A stretch of DNA of 64,000 nt from Eledone cirrhosa (taxonomy: Eukaryota). Positions 45,898 to 59,494 of the stretch are shown one piece after another. Each line of letters opens with the position of its first letter. Within the stretch, counting starts at the first letter, position 1. Both the position numbers and the translations under genes were made by a program. The notes below the pieces were generated by a model. That model was not told where the DNA came from. It was given only the letters and a program-made list of their open reading frames with translations, and did no database searches. The DNA lies in the NCBI GenBank assembly GCA_964016885.1, contig OZ024743.1, positions 327,484,001 to 327,548,000 on the forward strand. The letters are read 5' to 3'.

Positions 45898-48537
45898 AAA
45901 AGGTAAACAGAAAAAACAACACAATCGGTACAGTATATGGAAGGTATATATTAGGTTAACGCTTGGTATAGCAGGAAGATGATCTTAACATTTCAGACGC
46001 TAGTCCTTCATCAGAAGAAAGAATGAGAAATAAAATAGATTGAAGGGACGGGCGGGATGCAATTGGAAAAAATGTCTTTAGATAAAAATAACAGGTCCAT
46101 TCATGTTGACATCTCTTGCAAAACTGTTGGTGCTGGCGTTTCGTGTATGATTTGTTTTTTAGAAAAGTCGATGATGGAGCGCGTCTACCTGAAATGGAAA
46201 AAAAAACGTTTTGTAAAAAGAGCTATACTTGAGCACGTGTGTAACCAGGTGTGTGTGTGTGTGTGTGTTATTATAGGTCCGTACGAAGCTAAGAAGAAAT
46301 TGTGTATATGTGAGTAAAGGAGTGTGTGTGCATGTAAGTACGAAGCTATGAGCAAAAGTGTGTTAATATAAGGGTGTGTATCGGCATGTATTAGTTGTAA
46401 GAGAAGCTGCTAATGATCAAGAGAAAGCGATAGGAATCTAGGGGTGGGATAATGGACGGGGTATTAGAGAAATTCGGGAGGTGAGTTGAGTCCAAGAGGG
46501 GAATAGGACCCAAGGTGGTGAATCAGACTTTGTTCAGTCCTGGTGCGCCAGGACTGAAACATGTAGGGAAGAATGACCAGAACAGAAATGACGGACGACA
46601 GGAGTATCCAAACCGAGTCGTATGTCCCTCAAATGTTCGGCAAACCGCTCCGCCGTACAGCGTCCCGTTTGTCCGATATATAAAGACCCGCAAAGGGAAC
46701 ACCGGAGGGCATAGACAACGTTGGTGGATATGCAGGTGAAGGAATGGCGGATACGGAAAGACCCGTTAGGGCCTGTAAGAGTGGAAATAAAGGGACAAGT
46801 GTTGCAGCGGAAACGGGAACAAGGAGTCGTGGGAGAGCACGAAAAGGAACTGCGAACCAGGAGGTCGCGGAGGTTGCGGGCGCGCTTAAAAGCAGTAATG
46901 GGTGGGTTTGGAAAAAAGCGAGAAGTGACGGGGTCAGAAGAGAGGATACGGAAGGAACGGAGGATATGTCGCCGGAGTGGTAGGGTGATAGGGTGGCAGG
47001 TGAGAGGGAAAGGAACGCGGATGTTGGGAGGGTGAGGGTGAGGTGAGAGCAGCTTGGATTAAGGTGGGGGGATATCCACGCTGGATGAAGCAGGAAGCCA
47101 TGCGAAGGGAATGAGTTTCGAAATCGTCGTCCTGGTTAGAGAGTCGACGAAGACGGAGGAATTGGGAATAGGCTATGGAGTGTTTGATGTGGGTTGGATG
47201 GGAGGAGGTGAAGTCGAGATAAAATTGGGAGTCTGTTGGTTTAATGAAGATGGAAGTAGAGAGGGTGTGGTGAGAGTATTTAATAGATAGAGAGATATCT
47301 AGAAAAGCGACAGAAGAATCGGAGACGGAGGCGGTGGCAGGATGGAAAGATTGGACAAAAGAAAGAAAACAGTCGAGCTGTTCTCTTGATAGAGAGGTGG
47401 CGCCGATACAGTCGTCTATATAACGACCGTATAACTCAGGAGTCGGTCCAGCGTAATGGGAGAAGATCTGGGCTTCGACGTAGCCAACAAACAATTGCCA
47501 TAGTTTGGACCCATTCTGGTTCCCATCGCTACCCCCAGAGACCTGCTGGTAAAATTCACCCGAAAAAGAAAATCCATCAAGGGTGAGAACAAACTCAGCC
47601 AGCCGGAGAAGAGTGGTAGTACTGGGGTAAGGGGTAGGGCGTAAATCTAAAAATGCTGGAGAGCGCGGAGGTCGTCATCATAAGGGATGACGGTATAGAG
47701 AGAAGTGATGTCCAGGGTAAAGAGAATGCAGGAGGGACCAGGAGAAAGAGTTGAAGAGTCTAAGGGCATGATTTCTATCATGGATGTGGGAAGGGAGATT
47801 GCCGACCAACGGGGCGAGGATGGTGTCTAAATATTCAGAAATTATCTCGGTGGGGCAGTTGCGCGCAGAAACGATATGACGGCCAAGATTATTTTGTTTG
47901 TGTATTTTGGGGAGGAAGTAGATGGTGGGTGTGCGAGGGGTGCGTACAATAAGGTTGGTGGCTGTAGGGGTAGGTGAGAGGAGGAGATGAGCTCGTGGAT
48001 GGGGGAGGACACGAGTTGTTGGTAGCCAGGAGTGGAGTCGGAGGATAAAGGGCGGTAAAAAAGGGTATTGTGAAGCTGGCGGAGAGCCTCAGCCCTATAG
48101 AGGTCAGCGCTCCAAACCACCACAGCGCCACCTTTGTCAGCGGGTTTGATGACAATGTCATCACGACGCCGAAGGTTGCAAAGAGCGGAGAGCTCAGTTC
48201 GCGTGATGTTAGAGCGATGAGAATGCTGGTGGAACGGAACAGTACGCCGGCAAGTATCGACAAAGGAGTCGAGGGTGCTGAAATGGCCAGAGCTCGGCGT
48301 CCAATGTGATTGCCGGCGACTGAGACGAGTGAAGTCATCCGTCTGTGTTGATGATGGCGTGTCGTGAAAAAAAGCTTTCAGCTTTAATTGACAGAAGAAC
48401 CCTTCAAACTCGGCACGTGTACGGAACTCGTCGCAGGTAGATGTGGTTGGTATAAAACGCAAACCACGGGCGAGGAGGGAGCGCTCAGCTTCGGAGAGTG
48501 GTAGGTCCTGGGGTATGGTGACTACAGTGCAGGGACG
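45897..48537 (-). mobile_element. Penelope-like element (Neptune/Poseidon type), decayed
   Basis: LSEAERSLLARGLRFIP; IVIKPADKGGAVVVW; YGRYIDD; FLDI; KPTDSQFYLDFTSSHP..SQFLRLRR; GIY-YIG LYIGQTGR..ERFAEH at about 46620-46700; pLTR with hammerhead. Confidence 0.9.
45983..46018 (-). ncRNA. Minimal hammerhead motif of the Neptune-type pLTR (apparently CpG-decayed)
   Basis: Minus strand TCTT-CTGATGA-AGGAC-TAGC-GTCT-GAAA-TG-TT-AAGA. Confidence 0.7.
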
Positions 48538-48668
48538 CGTGTGTGTGTTTTATGTCCGTTAACCAAATGCCTTCACTGTTACTACACACACGCGCACACA
48601 CTATGAGCAGCAGCATGTGTACAAAGTAAAAAAAGAGTACTCAACACGTCACGAAGTTAAATATATGT

Positions 48669-49004
48669 ACTCTCGGGTCCCGAATAATAGGGGGTGGGAT
48701 ATAATATAAGAGCTTGGAAAATCGGTAATTTTTTTTTTTTTTTTAAACCAGAATTAGTTTTGTTATATGGGGAGGGTACATATTGAAACCCTAACACATC
48801 CTATTTATTTTATAACGTATGGGATTTTTGTAATGTATTTCTTTGGTCGTATATAATGTAAAAAGAAAAACAATTATCGTAGGAATGCTACCACTTAAAA
48901 TAAAATTTCGCCGGAGATAGATTAGCAAAATTTAATAAGTTGGGGTGATGGTGAAAAATATCTGAAAAAATAAGCGGGGGCGCTATTATTCGAGACCCGA
49001 GAGT
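48669..49004. mobile_element. MITE (probably Tc1/mariner-derived), copy 2
   Basis: 22-bp TIRs ACTCTCGGGTCCCGAATAATAG / CTATTATTCGAGACCCGAGAGT with one mismatch. Confidence 0.8.
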
Positions 49005-49679
49005 TGGTATTAACAATTTCACTCTGGTCTTCATGACTAAAAGTAATAAGACTTGAAAATATAATAATTAGGGGATATATGATCGACTAAAATTCACACG
49101 AAAGCGATGCCCCAGCATGGCTGCAGTTTTTTAAAAAAATCACTATATATACACATACACGTATGCGCGCGCGCGCGCGCACACACACACACACACGCAC
49201 GGTTTTGAAGTATAAAAATAATTCGCTTTACGTAGCTATATATATAAGTTAATGTTAAACATATGTTGATGCAACCAGCATCACTGTTGAAGTAAACCAA
49301 TAGAAAAGCTTCCGTGAAAGTTATTTTCTTAATTTAAGTTACTCCCTTTCCTCTCTTTTGCCTTATCATCTTACTCATTTCCCTTGTTTTATTTTCGCGA
49401 CGACGTGCATTTTGTCACGTTTACATAAACTTGCTGACGTATTAATCCCTTTTGCCGTCCGTCCATTGTATGAAATGCTTTGTTGACATAACTGTTCTGA
49501 GTTCAATTCTCGCCAAAGCTGACATTGTTTTCCATGTGTAAATTGAAGTTGAATGAAAAATCAAGAAAAAAATTGCTATTTGGAAGATACTAAGATGGAT
49601 TTATTCAAATATTTACCCCCTTTGTTATTCTCTAGAAATCTACACCATTTAACTCATTGTATAGCAAACCACCTTTAAC

Positions 49680-52030
49680 CCACGATTCTTCGATACACAT
49701 TTTTATTTCCTGGTGGAATTCTGACATGCTCTGCACCAGCTTTCTCCATCTATCGCGGTCACGTGTCAGACCTCGCGTATCTATTAATGATTTACCTGTC
49801 CACTCTTTAATGTTGTCTGTCCATCTTTTTCTTCCTCTTCACAGTTCCTTGTAGGATAGTCTTTGCAATACCACTGGGTCGTGTTAGATGGCCATACCGT
49901 CATATCCTTCTTTTCTTCACTGTTATGAGGCCTTCAAAGAGGTCAATATGACGTTGGATTGGTTTGCTGACCTGATTGTTGTGGCATTGTCATGTAAGTG
50001 ACTCTCAAAACGTTGCGGGATTATCTAATTTCTACTGATTGTATCTGTCTCTGTATCTCTGCAGTGAGGGTTCATCTCTCGAGGGGTAAAAGAAGATATA
50101 GAACCCCAGTGCACGCAGGAATCTGGTTTTGTTCTTCGTGATGATGTCCATAATTTTCCATATAGATTTGAGCTTTGTTAGTGTAGTCATTACCTTCGTA
50201 CTTGTAAAAATTTCTGGTCTTGGTCCCTTATCATTAATAATCGTCCCAGCTATTTAAACTGCGGCAATGTTTTTAGTTTTTGTCTTGTCCAGAGATGACA
50301 CCATTGGCGTTTTTCATGAGTTTGGTATTTTCGACATTGCTTTCCATTCCAAACCTGATGGAGACTTTATCAAAGAGATTAACTAGATTGACTAATTAAA
50401 TCCTCTTTTTCTGTCAGGCCATCAATGTCATCTGCAAATAGTTTGTGATGTTCCTCCGTCCAATGTTGACTGTGTCCGCATGATCCTCTTCGGGAAGATG
50501 TGAAATAGAGTAAGGGAGAGAAGTGTTATGCTATAGTGATGGTTTGGTGGTCGTGTGGGTAGTTGATTGTATTGTGGAGTTGATTCGTTTGTTGCGCCTG
50601 TGCTCACTTGTAGCTTGTTGTGTGGTGTGGTCACTGTTGTGTGATACAGTGTGACCAGAGGTTGCATGTGTGCAGGTAAGTGAGTAAGTGTTCAATATGA
50701 TGATAATATGATAATTCCTTGACCACGCAGAAAATGAATATATATAAATGAACCACGATGACACCAAACTGCTATATTATTAATTTATAGAAAATAGCTC
50801 ACGCTTAAAGATATACGAAAAATACACACGAATTATCGACGTTATTTGTTTGTTTGTAAAAAGTAGAATTAAATTGTATTTACCAAGAAAACTTCATGAA
50901 CTTCACTGTCTTGGTTAAGAGAGAGACCAAGAGATAGAAATTGGGTGAAAGAGAGAGAGAGAGAGAGAGTAAGAGAAGGTAAGAGTCACTGAGACCCAAA
51001 GGGGTCGTGGAAAACAATAGTTTACATGTTTACTCTATCAAGAAATGCTCCGAACTGGTTGGCCTGACCTAAGACAGGCTATTTATCTATGTCGCTTCCT
51101 CTGTCTCCAAGACTTGAGAACAAAGGGCTGACCTTTCGAGGTCGTCCAATCTCAGACCTGTTGATGCTCGAAAGGAGATAACCTAGAAAATAACCATTAA
51201 GTGTCACCCAGGGGTCAACGTGTGGACAAATTTCGCTACAATGCAACCATGCTCCGATGGTGTCTTGCACAAGTACTGCATTGGTTGCTTTGGCATAAAC
51301 TGTTGTGTGGTAAAGTCAACTTTTGCTCCGTGTTAAATTTCTTCATGGTAGTCCACAGAGCATCATGTCAGACTATGGAATGCCTCGGAGTTTATGAAAA
51401 CATGATATAGCTCTTTCTGGAGTTGAAGATATTTCTCATAGCGATGGCGGAAGCTGAAGATTTGCTCAGTGGTGTTTCTACTTTTGCAGAAACCTGCTTG
51501 CTGCTCAGCTGGAATGGTCTCTGTCTGAACATTACTTTGCTTGCATGGTTGATGATGCTGATGGTACGGTAGTTCTGGCATAGTTAGAGGTTGCTTTTCT
51601 TGGGAAATATTATGATTAGTGACTGCCATTCACCACTCTACCAGATCTTATTGCAGATGACCGTAAGTATGTTTATAGTGGTCTTTCTTCCTTCCTTCAG
51701 CATGGATGTCGCCAGTTACTATTGGCTTTCTGTCTTTCATCGATTTTACTACCACTTTAACTTGTTTTTGTAGTATAAGGTTGTCATCCTCATTGAAAAA
51801 TCCTGTACGTATATCACATTTGAGTCCCCTTTGTCTTTGAAATTGTACAACTGTGAACAGTATTCTGTCCGTCTTCCAATCATTTCTTTTTCTTCCATGA
51901 GTTGTCTCCCATCTTTGCCCATGATGTTTTTGACTTTCGGTTTCCTTTTATTGGTAAGATTTTTACCAGCTGAAATGTATTCTTTGAAGTGATTTTTTGA
52001 AAGGTTGGCCTCAATGAATCCACATTACGT
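49680..52030 (-). pseudogene. Highly decayed RTE-clade LINE interrupted by a solo LTR
   Basis: IPAEQQAGF in ORF 51363..51629; FADD-like codons near 50430; the QGC-LSP-LF region is split by the LTR. Confidence 0.75.
50532..51240 (-). mobile_element. Solo LTR (Gypsy-like), copy 2, TSD ATGC
   Basis: ATGC|TATAGTGA...TCGCTACA|ATGC; homologous to 34425-35159. Confidence 0.88.
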
Positions 52031-52101
52031 AGATACCAATTGCTGCTTGGTTTCTCCAGTTTTACATTTAATTTCACTGTTGTTGCTTTTTATATCTTGT
52101 C

Positions 52102-52224
<123 letters not shown>

Positions 52225-52282
52225 AAAATAATTTTAAAATGAGAAACACAGAAATGTAAAACAATTAGCATTATTAGTTTCA

Positions 52283-52476
52283 GGGCGGTGGATTGGCAGT
52301 GTCGGTAGAGGGTCGGACGCCATGCTTTGCACCACAGTTACGTCCCTTTACGAATTGCGTTCAAATCCCGCCGAGGTTAACTTTGCCTTTCATCCTTACG
52401 GGGTCGATAAAATAAAGTACCAGTAATACACTGGGATAATTGCTGGCCTTGTGCCAAAAGTAGAAACAATTATTAG
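52283..52476 (+). mobile_element. tRNA-derived SINE (main family), full length
   Basis: A-box-like TGGCAGTGTCGG, B box GTTCAAATCC, core GCCTTTCATCCTTACGGGGTCGATAAAATAAAGTACC, (ATT)n tail. Confidence 0.88.
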
Positions 52477-53659
52477 GTTCACGCTCGTATCAGACGCCAA
52501 GTCCTTCATTAGGAGAGTATAAGAAGATAGATAAGAAAACAAAAATTAAAAAAAGGGGGACATATGATTGTGTGAGTGTTGTTTTAATTTTTTTGTGTGT
52601 ATTACTGTCTATATTGGTGGAATGGTCTATATTGTGATGGGGTCTAAGTGTGTCTGGCTGTATTAACATTGTATATATGTGCGGTTTGTCTGTGTATGTA
52701 TCAAATATAAATGAAATTATTAGTGACAAATACGTATCTGTTCATTAAAAAAAAAACGAAACTCAACTTCAAGCTAGACGCAACGCTAAATGAGAAATGC
52801 ATGTGCATAGGTCTATGTGTGTTTTTCTGTGTTTGTTTATTAATAAGTGTGTTAAAGTGTTTTGTTGTAAGTTTAATGTAATCTTAGTATGTATGAGTAT
52901 TTCCGTGTGGTTCAACAATATTTTATCCGTGTCGGTGAGCGCGTAGATGAAAAGGGATATTAGATGCGGTGGGAAGAGAGTTTTAGCAGGATGGTTAGTC
53001 GTGTTCACCACTTTAGCAGGGTAGTAGAATGAAAGGTCGTTAATTGCCAGTGTGGTAAGTGATAGTATCCTCGTTGGATTATCTTGTCGACATAGACGTG
53101 AGGGAAGGTCCCTCGATCTATTTACCATCTTAGTATTTACAATATTCCTTTCGTCAGGTCGCCAATTCCAGCAGCATGGATTATAGATGTTATTGAGACA
53201 CGAGTAACATAATAATGATTTCAACAGCAGAAATTAGAGATGAAATGTATGTTTATTTTTGATGTAGTTTATTTTTGATGTTAACTTATATGGTTGAAGT
53301 TACAGATAAAAAGAGGTTACAAAAGGGAATGTACCATTGCGCCGAAAAGCCGGCGAGGCTAGGGTGCAATATCTCACCGTTACATTATGCATATTGCTGG
53401 TTCGAAGTTTCTGGTACAAGAGAGAGATTCTTCAAATCCTCGCGGGGAATTTTTTCCTCAGGGCGCGTAGGGATACATCCTCTTCTACTGGCGCTGATTG
53501 GCTGAACTGAGCCAAATCACGCACAGAGAATGTATGTGAGCCCGCGGAATGTAGGTCACTACAGAGTAAATTAGAGGTAGAGGGTCGGTGTATTTAGGCT
53601 ATTGGGTGTAGATGTATTTAGAAAAAAACAACACAAAAAAACAAGCCTTCTGGTGGCGT

Positions 53660-54140
53660 ATGTCTGGGAGTCTGGTGCTCCTTTATATATCCTGATCTTG
53701 TCTCTCTGATTGTAGCCAGAGAACTGCATTCGGTGGGGGAAGTGTTGTATGTGTCTCTCCAATTCTTTAGGATTGCATATGCGGGACACGTTCCTTATCA
53801 CTCTTACTAAATCCGTAATCAGTATGCTGATTTTCATGTTATCCGAAACAGCTGAGTTTCGGTGGATCAGGTACTTGGAGGTCATGGGCTTGGCATAATA
53901 CGAATGGATGATTTGTGATCTATTATTAATAGTTTCTGACCATAGTTCTGTGTCTAGTACAAGTAATCTATGGTTAGGGTGTTTAGTTGGGTAGTCTATG
54001 GTAACTTTAATACTCTGGTGGATGGAATTAGCTATTTACTGGATGCTTTCCATGGTGTTCCTCTTTAATTCCTGAATGTTCTCTTGTGGAGGTGTTTTCA
54101 CTACAATGTTTATGTCATCTACGTAGCAGGAGCACATAGT
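53660..54140 (-). pseudogene. Penelope-like RT/thumb fragment
   Basis: CYVDDINI, LVLDTELW, YYAKPMTSKYLIHRNSA..LVRVIRN..MQFSGY. Confidence 0.75.
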
Positions 54141-54149
54141 CCTAATTAG

Positions 54150-54430
54150 TAAAACATATCCGTTTCAAAGAACACCCTGCACTGATAGGAAATGCATAGT
54201 CTGCAAGTTAAGCCCACAAACTAACTGCAAAACTAGAAACGTAGTATATAGCATAAGATGTACTGAGGGACAGTATAGGAATAAGTTTCACATAGGTGAA
54301 ACAGCTCGTAGCATACGAGAAAGAATAAATGAACACTGGCGAGAACTCCAAGATGGGAAAAACTCATCAGTACTCCACCAACATGCCAAAATAGAATATA
54401 GGGACACATTAGAGAACATACAGATAAAAA
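54150..54430 (+). pseudogene. Penelope-like Zn linker and GIY-YIG endonuclease fragment (absent from the ORF track)
   Basis: Manual translation from 54175: PCTDRKCIVCK..NCKTRNVVYSIRC..FHIGETARSIRERINEHW..SVLHQH. Confidence 0.8.
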
Positions 54431-55350
54431 GTAAATAAACACATAAATAAATTTTAAAAAAACACACACACACGGATGTAACGCATGCGCAAACCAAGCA
54501 CACAACACACAAAAACAAGATGGTGTAGGACAGAACAGGTAAGAGACACAAAATTAGAAACCATTCACTGAGGAGGTCACAGAATGTGACGAAAGAGCTC
54601 TGACAATATATAAACAGCCATCCGGTTATTGAACCAACCAACCAACCAACCGGAAATTTAAAATAAATTGAAGTGAAAAGCAACAGATGCGTGTGCTTTT
54701 GTTGGTAGCATGACGCTCTCAAAGTATAACAATATGCTTCAACACACGTATTCACATAAGAAATCTTGCAAAACAAATTCAAAAACGAAGTTCAATAACA
54801 TCATTTGTCATTAATATAAAGATAACATCTGAAATCACTGAATTTGACTGTTTGAAAAATGTCAGGTTAATTTGTATAGTTCATGTAAAACGTCGATCAT
54901 TCTGGAAAAAGGATGGTAAGAGTGTAAATGAAAGAGAGAGCGATGATAAGTAAGACAGCTATTGTAGTTAATAATTTTTTAATTTTATTTGTATAGCGGA
55001 GATTTGTATCTGTGTTGAGAGCGGCACGAGGCCAACGTGAAGACGTGTGTTGTAATTCATACGCTAAAAAACGCTATACATTAATGTGTATTACGTAGTT
55101 CTAATAATATTGCTACCTGGGGAAAAGGGAGATAATTTAAGGTGTGTTGGCACATTGAGTTCATTCATTCATTACATAAAAACAATGCAATAACTATTAA
55201 ATGTTAATTTCGGCATTAAATACTGCACCATTCATTTATTCAAAACTATACTGTTTATTATGAAGCTATTTTATAATGTGTAAAGTCAACCGTTTCCTTT
55301 TGTATAAAGAACAAATAAACAAACTGTTTCTTTTGTATACATACATACAA

Positions 55351-55395
55351 ACTACTACTACTACTAGTACTACTACTAGTACTACTACTACTACA

Positions 55396-55453
<58 letters not shown>
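55351..55453. repeat. (ACT)n microsatellite
   Basis: Direct reading. Confidence 0.95.
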
Positions 55454-55489
55454 TCAATTGTTACTAGCAATTGTTGCCTCGATAAAATG

Positions 55490-55733
55490 CACACATCCCA
55501 CCATGTAGGGTGGTAGTGTTGGTGTGACGGCGAAAACCACCCAGTTTACCTTGTAAGGTGTAACTGGTGTTACAGCAAGATGCTCCCAGTACATGCTGTA
55601 AAGTGGTTTGCGTTAGGAAAGGCATCCAGCCGTAGAAACTAAGTACCCCGCCCCCTCCGGAATATATGAGCAAGATGTGACAACCGATCTAACCCTTGCA
55701 AGCATGGGAAATAGACGTTAAATGGAAATGATG
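55490..55733 (+). mobile_element. Old RTE-type 3' tail fragment
   Basis: GTTAGGAAAGGCATCCAGCCGTAGAAA and AACCCTTGCAAGCATGG..GACGTTAAA. Confidence 0.75.
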
Positions 55734-55857
55734 TTCATACATACATATATATATATTTGCACACAAGTATACATATACAGACAAACAAACAGATAGATAG
55801 TAGGGAGAGAGCTAGGTTTTAATGTTAGGGGAACATATACACAGAAAGAGTACATTT

Positions 55858-55861
<4 letters not shown>

Positions 55862-55931
<70 letters not shown>
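55862..55931. repeat. (CT)n microsatellite
   Basis: Direct reading. Confidence 0.95.
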
Positions 55932-55935
<4 letters not shown>

Positions 55936-56059
55936 CTTTTTCTCCTAGAATTCCTTGTTTTCCTTTTCAAAGCGTATGTTTGATAATCTGAAATTTTAAT
56001 GTAGGTGTAGTAACAATTTTTAAAATTACAAGCCTCGCGAAGAGAAGTAAACAAATTAT

Positions 56060-56385
56060 TGGAGTGGCAGAACTGCTAGAGCGTCAGACAAAATACTTTG
56101 CAATATTTGTTTCTGTACACTAAGTTCTTGTTTCAAATCTCACCGATTTCAACTTTACAGGGTCGACATTACCATTCCTTCAAAATTGCTGGTTTTGTGC
56201 CTAAATTAATCGGTAGAGGGTCGGACAACATGCTTTGCAGCACAGAGTTATGCCCCTTTCTGATCTGAGTTCAAATCCTGCCGAGGTTAACTTTGCCTTT
56301 CATCCTTACGGGGTCGATAAAATAAAGTACCAGTAATGCACTGGGATAATTGCTGGCCTTGTGCCAAAAGTAGAAACAATTATTA
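56060..56385 (+). mobile_element. Two adjacent tRNA-derived SINE copies (one old, one well preserved)
   Basis: 56211-56385 matches 52283-52476; 56060-56205 is a diverged copy. Confidence 0.8.
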
Positions 56386-56704
56386 ATATATATACAATAG
56401 CATTACTAGGTGTTGCATACGCTACGTTGTGTATTTTCACCAAAACAATAAAAACACCGCACCTATCCAAGGCTCATCGAACTATGCTCGGTAATGAAGT
56501 GACAATGCACAATAAAAAAAAAACTGATTATGATTCTGATGATAATAATAATAATAATTTTATTAATTGAGTGCAGGTTAATAACTGAAACCAGTAGTTG
56601 AATAAAAAAAAAAAAAAAGGTAATATTATAGTATTATGGAGTAGCGCTAGATAGATAACGGATAGTTCAACTTTGTATATAAGACCCAGAACTAATTTTT
56701 CAAA

Positions 56705-56890
56705 CCTAGGTCAGCCCTGTTTGAGCAGACTTGTGATCAAAGGTATTCTAGACGTGAGCATCCCGTCTTTTCCTCCTATATACACGGAATCCAATCCCAC
56801 ATTACCGAATGTATCCTTTTCTAAGGTGGGATGGTGATCTGAGGGAGATTTGGTTGCTATATTTAGCAGGTGGAGCGCCTACGTACAAGG
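56705..56890 (+). mobile_element. Second SINE-like family fragment
   Basis: TGATCAAAGGTATTCTAG...GAGGGAGATTTGGTTGCTATATTTAGCAGG; inverted homolog at about 60350-60535. Confidence 0.6.
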
Positions 56891-57041
56891 TCGTTTTCAT
56901 GTGCGTGTATAAGAGAGAAAGACAGATAGACAAACAGAAATTGGGGAACAGTATGCGCCTTCGTTTGTTATGTGTGCATGTGTATGTGTGCGAGAGAGAA
57001 AGGCAGACAGACAGAGAGAGAGAGACATAGCGTGAGTGAAT

Positions 57042-57082
<41 letters not shown>

Positions 57083-57514
57083 CGTTTGTTATGTGCATGT
57101 GGATTGCTTAAACAAACAACTACGTTATAAAACTGTCTGACTTGTTTCCCTTACATTCTAATACAAGGCAGGCACTTCTCAAACGAAAGCTCTCGCCATA
57201 TAGTTCGTCTCTTACACGGCTTGATTCCGATTGTAATTATGCTACGAAGTTCAAACAACGGTTTCACTTCTCGCCATTTAATATCATTGTGCACAACAAT
57301 CTACTACAAACGAGCATAATTATATATTTACAATTATTTAATCTATATTCTGTCAAACTTTGGCTCTTTATACAATTGATTTTCTGGGGTTTTTTCCTCA
57401 CTCTCATAAATTAGTTCAGCCAAAATCAACTGGCTTAACATTTTATTTCTGTAAGTATTGTTTTGATACATTAGTATTATTAATTATAATTATATTGTTG
57501 TTGTCTTTATTATT

Positions 57515-58550
57515 GTGTTCCGAGGTTAGTTTTGCCTTTCATCCTTACGGGGTCGATAAAATAAAGTACCAGTAATGCACTGAGTCGATTTAATCGACTT
57601 TCCCTTTCCCCCAAAATCGTTGCCCTTGTTCCTAAATTAGAAACCATTATTATTAGGTTCAAATCCGGCCGAGGTTAACTTTGCCTTTCATCCTTACGGG
57701 GTCGATAAAATAAAGTACCAGTAATGCACTGGATAATTGCTGGCCTTGTGCCAAAAGTAGAAACAATTATTATTAGAGCGGTGAACTAATACCTTGCGTT
57801 GTATGGTTATGTTCTCAGTTCGAATCCCCTTGATGTTAGCGGCACTGCTTTTTATGCTATAAATCCTGTGGTCTATATAATCGACTTTACTTATACTTCA
57901 TCCTCAATATCGCGTTTATGTTATATCCGATTAGATTTCAGATCCCGTCGGCTTGATGAATTAAGTACCAGTTATATACTATGGTTATATCATTCTCCTA
58001 CTTATTTGTGACCTTGTGCAAACGTTAGAAAGTATTTTTGTTCTTGTTGGCATTATTAGTTCCCGGTGGATTGGCAGTATTGGTAGAGGGTCGGACGCCA
58101 TGCTTTGACGGATAGAGTTACGGCCCTTGCCATTCTGAGTTCAAATCCCGCCGAGGTTAACTTTGCCTTTCATCCTTACGGGGTCGATAAAATAAAGTAC
58201 CAGTAATGCACTGGGTAATTACTGGCCTTGTGCCAAAAGTAGAAACACTTATTAATAAGGGCGCTGGATTGTTAGTTATGGCCCTTTACGTTCTCAGCTC
58301 AAATCCCAATGAGGTCAGCTTCGGCTAGTCTAGTACTGGGGACAATTCAATCGACTATACTCCTCTCGGCGCCTGTGTAAGAAATTATTATTAAGAGCAG
58401 TTTGTGTCAGAATCTGTAGACCGCCAGACTAAATGTTTTGTGATATTTTGTTTCCATTTAAATCCACTCAGTCAATAAAAATAACGTACCGATCAAACTA
58501 CTGAGACCAGTTAGATCGGCTCATTGCCCCTAGTGGTAAAGTTAGAAATC
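57515..58550 (+). mobile_element. Cluster of about six same-orientation tRNA-SINE copies and fragments
   Basis: Core at about 57520, 57670 and 58150; diverged copies near 57780, 58260 and 58395; separated by (ATT)n tails. Confidence 0.8.
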
Positions 58551-58680
58551 TTCCTTGTTTTATCTATTCTCCAGCTCTATGTCTATTGCTATGATGTCGG
58601 AATTTCCTTACACTACCTAACCAGATTAACTTTTTCTTTTGCAATCCTTAGGTTTTTGACACTAAACCCAATTAGGTTAT

Positions 58681-59426
58681 AATTGAACACCATACTCGAT
58701 TTCAATGGGTGATTTTTTTATCAACTAAACTAACCTTCAAGATGATGGTAATCAACTTTTTTCACTGAGAACGGAGGAGGTAGGGTTGGTTCCCCCGTCC
58801 TTGGAGTTTTCCCTACTATTTTTTTTCACGTGCTATCAACGAATAGGAACTCCTAGCCAGTGCGAAACGACTTAATTTGTAGAAAAAAGGGGTGAAAAGA
58901 CATTCTGAGTTTCGCAGATATACACATCTCTTGTTTGATGGGAAATAATTATCTTTCCTTGAATTTTTCTGTACCCTTTAGATGCTTGCAATAGACTTTT
59001 CTCCGCGTTTAGGGTTAATGTTAGGGTTTCCGTTTTCTGGGAAAAAAAGTCGATTGCAAGCATCTAAGAGAGAAGTCCAGAAAAAAAATCAAGTTAAGAT
59101 AATTATTTCCAAACGCAAGAGGTGTGTAAATCTGCGAAACTCCGACTGTTTTTTCGCTCCCTTTCACTCCCCTTTTTCTATAAATCCAGTCGTTTCCGAC
59201 TGTTTGGGTTGTCCTATTCTTTAATAACACACGACCCCCCCCCCCCAATATCATAGGAAATACTCCGAGGAGGGGAAGAAGCACCCCACCCACTCCGTTC
59301 TCCGCGAAAAAAGTCGATTGCCAGAATCTTGGAGGTTTAAATTAGTCGATAGCACGAAAAAAAAACAACAAAAAAAAGATGAAAACATTTTTTTCCCCCA
59401 CTGAAATTGAGTGGGGTGTTCAATAA
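58681..59426. mobile_element. Long fold-back/MITE element (imperfect palindrome of about 745 bp)
   Basis: ATTGAACACCATACTCGATTTCAATGG vs CCACTGAAATTGAGTGGGGTGTTCAAT; inner TAGATGCTTGCAATAGACTTTT vs AAAAGTCGATTGCAAGCATCTA. Confidence 0.8.
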
Positions 59427-59494
59427 ATTTACCCCCAAATGTTTTATTTCGGTGGAAAGTATGTATTTATGTGAGCAAGTTGCGAGTCATCTAG

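Noticed and set aside
52283-52375. tRNA gene
   Set aside because: A/B boxes belong to a multi-copy SINE head and no cloverleaf forms
53085-53165. Minus-strand CTGACGA with CGAC/GTCG stem as a hammerhead
   Set aside because: GAAA is replaced by GAGG and the cleavage register is off by one; at most a dead remnant
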